From assembly GCA_021787665.1 (NCBI GenBank), contig JAJYLN010000002.1:74377-138376 (forward strand): 64,000 bases of DNA. Direction: 5' to 3'. This DNA is from a bacterium (GTDB lineage: Bacteria; JAMCPX01). Each line of letters opens with the position of its first letter. Position 1 is the stretch's first letter. Positions 1 through 7,677 of the stretch are shown here, piece after piece. The translations under genes and the position numbers were made by a program. The notes beneath the pieces were generated by a model, which was given only the letters and a program-made list of their open reading frames with translations, did no database searches and had not been told where the DNA came from.

Positions 1-2
1 TC

Positions 3-177
3 CCGAAGGGAGAATACTTCATGATGGGCGACAACAGGGACTTCTCGAACGACTCGAGGTTCTGGGGGTACGTCAAAAGGGACCTGATTCTAGGGCAGGC
101 CGACATCATATACTTCTCGTGGAACCCGAAGACGCTGCATATAAGGTTCGACAGGTTCGGGAAGATCATACGTTAGA
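3..177 (+). CDS. lepB: Signal peptidase I (LepB), 3' fragment entering the window. Frame 3..119 encodes ...EYFMMGDNRDFSNDSRFWGYVKRDLILGQADIIYFS. The expected C-terminus WNPKTLHIRFDRFGKIIR* is in the +1 frame (121..177), so there is an apparent 1-nt insertion near position 120.
   Basis: GDNRDxSxDSR(F/Y)WG(F/Y)V motif is characteristic of SPase I. The canonical C-terminal R-x-D-R-x-G-K-I is only recovered after a +1 shift at the run tcgTTgg (119-122). TAG stop at 175-177. Confidence 0.55.
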
Positions 178-240
178 TTCTTACTTTGTAAGATCTATGC
201 AAAATGCAGAGAAGATTTTTCGGTTGCGGCTGAAAGCCGC
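176..240. repeat. Copy A of a repeated intergenic element. It has a 5' block (gattcttac...), the conserved 16-mer AAAATGCAGAGAAGAT (201-216), and the hairpin GCGGC-TGAAA-GCCGC (226-240).
   Basis: The same blocks recur at 12853-13002 (copy B). Located by direct sequence comparison of intergenic regions. Confidence 0.6.
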
Positions 241-362
241 CTTTGATTCTTTTCTTGACGCATGATTATCGAGGTGATAAAAAAACAATGTAGGAGCGAC
301 CCGACAGGATGCCCCAGCTCAAGAGGGCGAATAATCATTCGTCCCTACAAAAGGAGGAAGGT

Positions 363-1685
363 ATGGGAAAAGATATTCTCAAGATTCTCGGACTCTCGGC
401 CCTTGCGGTCATTGTTGCCGTGTTCGCGTACGACTGTGGCAGCAGCAGCGGCGGAGGCGGAACTTCGGGCCCGACTGTCTCGCTGACCTTCTCGCCGACG
501 TCCGGTACGATAGATGCAGTCAATCAAAATTCGATGTTCTATGAGAACATAGCGACATCGATCGGCAAGACAGCAGGCACGATTGATCCGTCATCGATAC
601 AGATCAGCATATCGCCGGCTTTGAGCTTTACCACGACAGTGGGGATCGCCGGCGGCAAGTTTGCAGGCTATGTAGACATTGTCCCGACCGGCTTCCTGGC
701 GGCAGGAACGGCCTACATCGTGACTACCCAGTTCAAGACCACGATCAGCGGCAAGATTTATCCGTTGACCCAGTCCAGCTCGTTTACCACGGTCACCACT
801 GTCGGCACACCAGCGACTCCCGGCAGCAGCTTTTTTATCAACATAACCGGTGTGTTGCAGCCCTCGACGCTTGCACAAGTGCTCGCCGGTGGCTTGCCGA
901 ACATTGCTATCAGCATCATTACAGAGACCACGGCGATCAACAATGCCGACGCGGACGGCAGTATGATCATGTACGGCGGAGCAGCAGCCAGCAATACGCT
1001 GCCCACGGACATCCAGCCTGCCGGCTTTACGCTCCCGCTCGTGACGCAGTACCGTGGCCAGTACTTCAAGTCAGCAGGCAGCGTGATACTCGATGTATCG
1101 AGCTTACACATCCCGCTCCAGACCTTCGATCTCAGCGGTACGTTCAACGCGGCCGGCGGGATCGACAACGGTACGCTCTATGCGGTGCTCCACTGTACGG
1201 ACACCCAGTGCTCGAACCTGGGCACGACCGCCGGGCCGATCGTGGCGAGCTATATCGACTCCAATATGAACATGGCGGTACTCGGGACCTTTACAGGGAC
1301 TGCCAATGCGCTCCCGGCACAGGGCTGGATCGGCGCATCGGATGTAACCGACACCACGCTGGTCAACGGTGCCGGACCGATGTCGACGGCGACACTCGAG
1401 GTCACGACGACGGCGTCCGGACCGCTTACGACGACAGCAACGCTGTCGTTTATCATACTTGCACAGACAGACTCGAACAACATGCTGAGTATCGCTGCAG
1501 ACGGACAAGGTAGTCTGGCCTTTACCGGCACAGGTCCCGGAGGCTCTCCTTATACGGTGACCATAACGTACCCGCTCGTCACGCCGGACACGGGTGTCCC
1601 GTTTACGACCAGCGCGCGAACACCGTACACGGCCTATTACCTGTTCGGTCTGTCGCCGTCGCTGACGACGCAGTTTACGCCTTAA
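363..1685 (+). CDS. Thr/Ser/Gly-rich secreted protein, predicted lipoprotein (signal peptide MGKDILKILGLSALAVIVAVFAYDCGSS). Function unknown.
   Basis: ORF 309..1685. Start chosen at ATG 363, 5 nt downstream of AAGGAGG (350-357). N-terminal hydrophobic h-region followed by Cys. Composition is strongly biased to T/S/G/A. Confidence 0.6.
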   Translation: MGKDILKILGLSALAVIVAVFAYDCGSSSGGGGTSGPTVSLTFSPTSGTIDAVNQNSMFYENIATSIGKTAGTIDPSSIQISISPALSFTTTVGIAGGKFAGYVDIVPTGFLAAGTAYIVTTQFKTTISGKIYPLTQSSSFTTVTTVGTPATPGSSFFINITGVLQPSTLAQVLAGGLPNIAISIITETTAINNADADGSMIMYGGAAASNTLPTDIQPAGFTLPLVTQYRGQYFKSAGSVILDVSSLHIPLQTFDLSGTFNAAGGIDNGTLYAVLHCTDTQCSNLGTTAGPIVASYIDSNMNMAVLGTFTGTANALPAQGWIGASDVTDTTLVNGAGPMSTATLEVTTTASGPLTTTATLSFIILAQTDSNNMLSIAADGQGSLAFTGTGPGGSPYTVTITYPLVTPDTGVPFTTSARTPYTAYYLFGLSPSLTTQFTP

Positions 1686-1761
1686 AAAAATATTTTAAGG
1701 CCGGGCCATCCGGCTCTTGGAAGCAGGAGAGGCAGGCGAAAGCCTGTCCCTTCCTTTATGC

Positions 1762-1790
1762 TTGACAGTATTTTTATCGTGGTGTATGAA
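1762..1790 (+). promoter_or_regulatory. Sigma70-like promoter: TTGACA (1762-1767), 17-nt spacer, TATGAA (1785-1790). Predicted to drive the 1813 lipoprotein gene.
   Basis: Exact -35 consensus with 17-bp spacing to a 5/6 -10, located 23 nt upstream of the ATG. Confidence 0.5.
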
Positions 1791-1812
1791 TAAATAAAAA
1801 AGGGGAGGACCA

Positions 1813-3549
1813 ATGAAGTCGAATAAAAGAACGGTGTTAGGGATAGCGGTGGCGATGGCAGCACTATCCGGGCTGGTAGTCGGTGGATGCGGAGGGAACA
1901 AGCCGAGTGGGCCAAATATACAGCAGTTGACAACGGATGGCTCGAATGCCCTGATAAATAAGAACCCGACGGCGGCGAAGACCAGTTTCCAGTCGGTGCT
2001 GAATGCGAAGGCCAATGATTGCAACGGCGAGTGGGGCATGGTCCTTGCGGACATTCAGGACGCGACGGTAAACCAGATTCCGAACCTGCCTTCCAACCTT
2101 GTCAGCGGTGTCCTGGCGGACAACCTTGCAAGCATTTTTACGGGGGTGAGCACGGACCTTGCCGATATACCGGCGAGGACTGCAGTGATAGAGTCGAAGG
2201 GCTGTGAGTTTACGCTGTCGAGCCTTCCCATCGACATCAAGCCGGACTTCAGCTCCCTGATCAACGAGTTGCAATCCCTGGGCATCAACCTCAGTATCAA
2301 CCTGTCGATAAACTACTCCTTCAACCTCGGGAACCAGTGGGGACCTGCCGAGGCGAGGATACTCGGTGCGGGGTCGAACGCGCTGCTCGCATTCATCAAC
2401 ATCCTCGGTGCGCACCAGCTCGATGTTACGGACATCATGAGCAACCTCAGTACGCTGGAGGGCCTCCTCACGGGCGGTCTGAACCTCAGCGACCCGATCA
2501 AGCTCATAAGGTCGCTCGGTCCTGTATTTACCGCGTTGCCGAAGCTGCTTGCGTTCAACAACTCCGGCACCGGCCCGGCAGACATAACGACAGCGGGCGC
2601 GGAGATCAACGCGGCGCTGACCGAGATAAGCGGCATCAATGACAGCCTGCAGGCTGACAAGGGCATTGCCGCCAAGGTCATCTCGTACGATGACGCAAAC
2701 AGCAACGGGGTTGTGGATGCCGGCGATACCTTTACCCTCGGCATCATGGACCTCACGCCGACGACCGGGCCGGTCAATGTGCTCGTGGAAGCGACCGGCA
2801 GCGAGACCTTTACGGTCCCTGCGTACCCCGGCTATGCCGGCGAGTACGGAGACTTCAATGTATCGAGCAACACGATCCCGGCGGCCAAGGCCCTGCTCGA
2901 TAAGTTCATCAACAACCTGACAAGCGGCTCGCCGAATATCGTTCCCACGGACGTCAACGCGCTTCTGGCGGCGATAGGCTTTACCGGCTACAGCTTCACG
3001 ACCTCCGTTGTCGCCCTCAACCCATCTTCGATATTTGCGAACCCGGAGCCTTTGAGGACCTTCTTCCCGACACTTTCAACACAGTCATGGACTACAACGA
3101 CACCCATAGGTCAGTTCCAAGTCGAGGCAGAGGTAGCGAACGTGCTTACCACGACCGCGTGGTACTACGAAGCAGGGGATGACCCCCATTTTACGGACAC
3201 GACAGTGAGCGGCATATCGATAACTGCGGACGGTGTCTCCGTGCCTTCCTCGGCGGCGGACCTGTACAATGGCAGCCTCATGGGCACTCAATTGACCATA
3301 CCGGCCATGCTGCCGTACATATCGTTCAATGACCCGACCTTCGACGGGGTGCTTTCCATCGACCTGAGCCAGTTGCTCGAGTTCTGCGAAGGTGGTCCGT
3401 CGTGCCCGGTGAGCAGTCCTACAGGGTTCAAGGCCGCGACAAGCTACAGTCTCAACAAGGTCATAGCGGCCGGCGTGTACGGGCTGTTCACGGATACAAC
3501 AAGTAGCCCTGTTGGACAGCACTTCACCACGGAGGACCCGATCTGGTAA
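1813..3549 (+). CDS. Predicted lipoprotein, 578 aa (signal peptide ...AALSGLVVGGCGG). Function unknown. Gly/Ser/Thr/Asn/Leu-rich with an internal LSINLSIN repeat.
   Basis: ATG at 1813 preceded by AGGGGAGG. Lipobox-like LVVGGC. Long uninterrupted ORF. Confidence 0.65.
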   Translation: MKSNKRTVLGIAVAMAALSGLVVGGCGGNKPSGPNIQQLTTDGSNALINKNPTAAKTSFQSVLNAKANDCNGEWGMVLADIQDATVNQIPNLPSNLVSGVLADNLASIFTGVSTDLADIPARTAVIESKGCEFTLSSLPIDIKPDFSSLINELQSLGINLSINLSINYSFNLGNQWGPAEARILGAGSNALLAFINILGAHQLDVTDIMSNLSTLEGLLTGGLNLSDPIKLIRSLGPVFTALPKLLAFNNSGTGPADITTAGAEINAALTEISGINDSLQADKGIAAKVISYDDANSNGVVDAGDTFTLGIMDLTPTTGPVNVLVEATGSETFTVPAYPGYAGEYGDFNVSSNTIPAAKALLDKFINNLTSGSPNIVPTDVNALLAAIGFTGYSFTTSVVALNPSSIFANPEPLRTFFPTLSTQSWTTTTPIGQFQVEAEVANVLTTTAWYYEAGDDPHFTDTTVSGISITADGVSVPSSAADLYNGSLMGTQLTIPAMLPYISFNDPTFDGVLSIDLSQLLEFCEGGPSCPVSSPTGFKAATSYSLNKVIAAGVYGLFTDTTSSPVGQHFTTEDPIW

Positions 3550-3577
3550 GAGTATAAAAAAGCCAAGTCCCTTTCGC

Positions 3578-3641
3578 CTTCCCCTCGATAGGGGAAGACG
3601 GGGATCGATAAAGGGGCGAGAAGGACTCGCCCCTTTTTATT
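3578..3641 (+). terminator. Two tandem hairpins after the 1813 lipoprotein gene. The first is CTTCCCCT-cgat-AGGGGAAG (3578-3597). The second is a rho-independent terminator GGGGCGAG-aagga-CTCGCCCC followed by TTTTTATTT (3613-3641).
   Basis: Perfect 8-bp GC-rich stems. The second is followed by a T-tract. Confidence 0.65.
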
Positions 3642-3670
3642 TCTTTAAATCTTCCTGATTTATTGATATA

Positions 3671-6600
3671 TTGATCGTGATGAAGGAAAGAAAGACCAAG
3701 GCCTACATATTCTATGGGATAATCTCGCTGATCGCGCTTGCGATTGTCGTCGTACTGAGAACGGATGTCATCGAGAACCTCTTCAAAGACAGGATAGCGC
3801 GGTTTATCTCGGAGAAGACCGGGATCCAGATGTCCATCGGCAGGATAGACGTGTCCATCCTCTCGTCGAGCGTAACGCTTTCATCCCTTGCCCTCAAGAG
3901 CGACGGGACGACCGGTGCGGACATACGGAGGCTGACCTTCGTCCTGGAGCCACCGAGCATTTTTGCCCGCAAGCCGAGACTGAAGCTCCTGTCGATAGAC
4001 GGGGCCGAGTTCTCGGCGACGATAAGCGCCGGCATGACCAGGGGGCTGACAAAGGGGATGCAGCGGAAGGGCCATGGCCTCGCTATGAGGGCGATAGCTG
4101 GCATACTCCCGGTGTCTCTGAACCATGTCGTGGTGAAACATGCGTCCCTCTTGCTGAACGTGCCTGCTTACCGTACGAGCATCTGCGTGCGTGACGTATC
4201 GATGGACACTTATCCGGACCTGGAGGACAATACGATAAAGGGCTCGGTGGAGATGAAGGGGACGACGCTGACAAGGGCCGGTATCACGTTTACGGTGGCA
4301 GACCTCAAACTCGACGCCGGTCTGGACAACCGCGATATTTCGATACGCAGCCTGGACCTGCATGCTGATCACGTCAGACTCTCTGCGAGCGGCGTCATAA
4401 AGGACTACGAAAACCCCTGGCTCGCGCTGGACCTGAAGGCGTCGGTCGATCATATCGAGGGATTGGACCCTGTCCTGAAGGCCCTCCCTGTCTCGTTGCC
4501 GTACCTTGCGGGCAGCTATTCGCTCGACGGCAATATCAGGGGGAACCTTCTGGATCCGTCCTCGGCCGGCAGGATAGGCTTCGCCGATATGATGGTCGGC
4601 GGTATACGCGGCGGTTCCGGGACGATCACCTATTCATTCAGGTCCGGCAGGATATTCATCAAAAACGGGGACGTCGACATTGCCGGGGGCAGGGTAAAGA
4701 TGAAGGGGAAGGTCGACCTTTCGAATAACAAAGTGCCGGCAGACCTTTCTCTCGACCTTGCCGGGATTAGCTTCGGCAGATTGCTCGATGCATTGACGGT
4801 ATCCGGTCCCTATGTCGATGGCAAGATAACAGGACAGGTATCTGTACGGGGTACGTTCAATCCGGTGTTCCTATCGGGCAGCTCGAAAGTGCAGTTCAGA
4901 AGATTCTCGGTCTACGACGGTCCTTTCAACGGTAAGGGAAGACATACCATTATGGTCGTGAAGCCCGTCGATATCGCGACCGGTGTCATTTTTACGGACC
5001 GGTGCGCTTATATTACGGACACGACGGTAACATCTGCACGGTCGCTCGTCCACGCCACCACTGCTTTATTCTTTACCGGCGCCATGCGCCTGAGCTTTGA
5101 CTCTGACAAGGTGGATATGCAGGACGTCAGTCCTATAGCGGACATCCCGTACACCGGCGTCGGCAGGGTGAAGGGGCTCATCGCGGGGCCGTTTACCGAT
5201 ATCGCTATCTACGGCGATACTGCATTTCGCGATTTCAGCATGGAGCACATAAAGCTCGGCGCCGTGACCGGCGGTGTAGGCTTCAGAAAGGACACCCTGT
5301 CCCTGACATCGGTTCGGGCAGCGACTGCCGCCGGGTCGCACCTGTATGTCGACGGCGGCATACGGTTTGCCAGCAGGGTCGGGCTCCGTTTCGGAGTAAA
5401 GTTCGCCCCCCTTGCTATGGTCGATATCGCACGGAATGCAGGGATTACCCTGAGCACTGGCGGCTCCATAACCGGCAGCGCAACGCTCGACGGCCCTGCG
5501 CTTGCGATGAGCGGCGCTGCGGACCTGCGCTTTTCGGAGCCAGATTTTTACTGGCAGTCATTCGATCGGGGAGACGTCAGGCTGCGTATAGATCGGGGGA
5601 CGTTTCATATTGTCGGGGCGGAGTTCACACAAGGGCACAGTACGGTCCACGTCGGCGGCTCCCTGGCCGAGGACGGCACCGTCGACGTCGGCTTTTCCAG
5701 CGATGGGTTCGATGTCGCAGATATCGATCCGGTGGTCAGGTCAGGCATGCCCCTGAAGGCGCGGGCGGCCTTCGATGGCCACATCAGCGGTACTACCTAC
5801 GACCCGTTAGGAAGCGCCTCGGTAGAGATAAAGGACTTCTTTTATGACGGCAGCAGGATGCCGGACGCCTTGGCGCGCCTATCCCTTTCGCACGGCGTGC
5901 TCTCGATGATTTCCCGGCTTTTCGACAGGTCCCTCGATGTTCGTGCAGGACTGGACCTGTCCCGGGGACACCCGTTCGAGCTGACGGCGTGGCTCCGCAG
6001 ATTCAACGCGCTCCCCCTGACCTCTGTCCTCTTCGGGGCTGGGGTCACGTCCGACGTTACCGGCGAGCTGCGGTTTACCGGGAGGCTCAGCAGTATGCCG
6101 GACTCCCTGGTCGGCTCCGTCTATCTGCCGACCATCGCTATCGGGGCTTCGTATGCGGTATTGCACAACAAGAGGCCGGTGTCCATAGACATTGCGAAAG
6201 ACGACGTGCACGTCAGGGATTTTACCATCGTCGGAAAGAACAGTGTTCTGAACATAAGCGGGTCCTATGGCCTGAAGGGGAGTGTCGATATGCTGGTCCA
6301 TGCCGATATCGACCTCGACTATCTGCCGGTATTGACCAACGTCGTTGCCGGGGCGACCGGGAGCTTTAAGCTCGACACGCGGATCTCTGGACGGGGAAAG
6401 AACATCGCCCTGCATGGCGGTGCCGATCTGAACGGCGATGCGACTTTTGCAGATCTGCCGTTGACGCTGTCCGGCGTCCATCTGTCCGTGGTCATGGCCG
6501 GCAACACTATCATGGTGAAGACCCTGACCGGGAACATCAATGCCGGTACGATGTACGGGAGCGGGAGGATCATTACCGCGGGGTTCCTGCCGGGCATTTT

Positions 6601-7675
6601 CAGTCTCTCCCTTTCGTTCAAGGGCATGAATTATGTCTACGACAACACTATACCCCTCCTGCTCGACGGCGATCTCGGCATCAAGGGTACATATCCGTCG
6701 CCCGTACTCGAGGGCAATATCAAGGTCGTGAATGCGGTCTATACGGACTATATCAACTGGGAAGACCAGATGCTGAAGTTCCAGCACAGGAGGTATGAGC
6801 CCGAAGGTCTCGAGCACAAGGGCGGACATCCCCTGAGGCTGAATGTCGGCATAGAGGCCAACAACAGTATCGTCGTCGACAACAACATCATCGATACCGT
6901 GCTCAGTGCTGAGCTCAAAGTCCTCGGTAACGTCGATGACCCGGTCATCGTGGGCAACGTCTCCACGAACGAAGGCAGGATCTACTATCGGTCTACCACC
7001 TTTAAGGTCGACCAGGCACTGGTGACCTACACCCGGGAACACCCCCGCAACCCGTTCGTGGATCTGAGGGCGTCCACGTCCCAGCGGTTCCTGGTAGACA
7101 GTCAGGCTGGAACCCCCGAATACTCGGACTACAGGATCTACCTTACCATCGCCGGAGAGCTCGACAAGCTGAATGTCAATCTGACCTCGAACCCTCCCAA
7201 CCTCGGTGAGATGGACATCATCAGCGAGCTCACCTACGGCGTGACCACTGCAGACCTCATGAAGAGCGGCGTAAGCTCAGCCGCTGCCTACGAGGTCGGT
7301 ACAGCGGTGGGGAGTAAGCTTGCGAAGGACATCTTCTCGAACATCATCGGCAGCGAAGGCCTGAATAAGCTAAAGAAAATATTCTGGTTCGACAACCTCC
7401 AGGTAGAACCCTACTATCCTCTCGGTGCCTTGGGCATGCCCACCACGAGCATACGACTCACCGTGACGAAGAGGATCTCCAACAAGTTCAATATACTCTA
7501 TTCCAACGACCTGAGCGGCTACAACCTGCAGCGCTTCCAGGGGGAGTATAAGCTGAGCAGGAGGCTTTATTTTATCGGGAGCTGGGACAACAGTTACCTC
7601 GATTCGCAGTCGAACACGAGCAACAGCGGCATCGGCGATCTGGGCGGTGACATAAAGTATAAGTACGAGTTCTGA
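3671..7675 (+). CDS. tamB: TamB-like (AsmA/DUF490 family) inner-membrane-anchored translocation and assembly module protein, 1334 aa.
   Basis: N-terminal single TM anchor (YGIISLIALAIVVVL). Very long beta-rich body. C-terminal DUF490-like ending ...GDIKYKYEF. Immediately followed (2-nt gap) by an Omp85 gene. The ORF begins at TTG 3671; an alternative ATG is at 3680. Confidence 0.75.
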   Translation: MIVMKERKTKAYIFYGIISLIALAIVVVLRTDVIENLFKDRIARFISEKTGIQMSIGRIDVSILSSSVTLSSLALKSDGTTGADIRRLTFVLEPPSIFARKPRLKLLSIDGAEFSATISAGMTRGLTKGMQRKGHGLAMRAIAGILPVSLNHVVVKHASLLLNVPAYRTSICVRDVSMDTYPDLEDNTIKGSVEMKGTTLTRAGITFTVADLKLDAGLDNRDISIRSLDLHADHVRLSASGVIKDYENPWLALDLKASVDHIEGLDPVLKALPVSLPYLAGSYSLDGNIRGNLLDPSSAGRIGFADMMVGGIRGGSGTITYSFRSGRIFIKNGDVDIAGGRVKMKGKVDLSNNKVPADLSLDLAGISFGRLLDALTVSGPYVDGKITGQVSVRGTFNPVFLSGSSKVQFRRFSVYDGPFNGKGRHTIMVVKPVDIATGVIFTDRCAYITDTTVTSARSLVHATTALFFTGAMRLSFDSDKVDMQDVSPIADIPYTGVGRVKGLIAGPFTDIAIYGDTAFRDFSMEHIKLGAVTGGVGFRKDTLSLTSVRAATAAGSHLYVDGGIRFASRVGLRFGVKFAPLAMVDIARNAGITLSTGGSITGSATLDGPALAMSGAADLRFSEPDFYWQSFDRGDVRLRIDRGTFHIVGAEFTQGHSTVHVGGSLAEDGTVDVGFSSDGFDVADIDPVVRSGMPLKARAAFDGHISGTTYDPLGSASVEIKDFFYDGSRMPDALARLSLSHGVLSMISRLFDRSLDVRAGLDLSRGHPFELTAWLRRFNALPLTSVLFGAGVTSDVTGELRFTGRLSSMPDSLVGSVYLPTIAIGASYAVLHNKRPVSIDIAKDDVHVRDFTIVGKNSVLNISGSYGLKGSVDMLVHADIDLDYLPVLTNVVAGATGSFKLDTRISGRGKNIALHGGADLNGDATFADLPLTLSGVHLSVVMAGNTIMVKTLTGNINAGTMYGSGRIITAGFLPGIFSLSLSFKGMNYVYDNTIPLLLDGDLGIKGTYPSPVLEGNIKVVNAVYTDYINWEDQMLKFQHRRYEPEGLEHKGGHPLRLNVGIEANNSIVVDNNIIDTVLSAELKVLGNVDDPVIVGNVSTNEGRIYYRSTTFKVDQALVTYTREHPRNPFVDLRASTSQRFLVDSQAGTPEYSDYRIYLTIAGELDKLNVNLTSNPPNLGEMDIISELTYGVTTADLMKSGVSSAAAYEVGTAVGSKLAKDIFSNIIGSEGLNKLKKIFWFDNLQVEPYYPLGALGMPTTSIRLTVTKRISNKFNILYSNDLSGYNLQRFQGEYKLSRRLYFIGSWDNSYLDSQSNTSNSGIGDLGGDIKYKYEF

Positions 7676-7677
7676 AG

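Noticed and set aside
309-362. Upstream ATG (309) for the first lipoprotein, as given by the ORF track.
   Set aside because: No RBS. It would add 18 residues before a canonical signal peptide. ATG 363 has AAGGAGG at ideal spacing.
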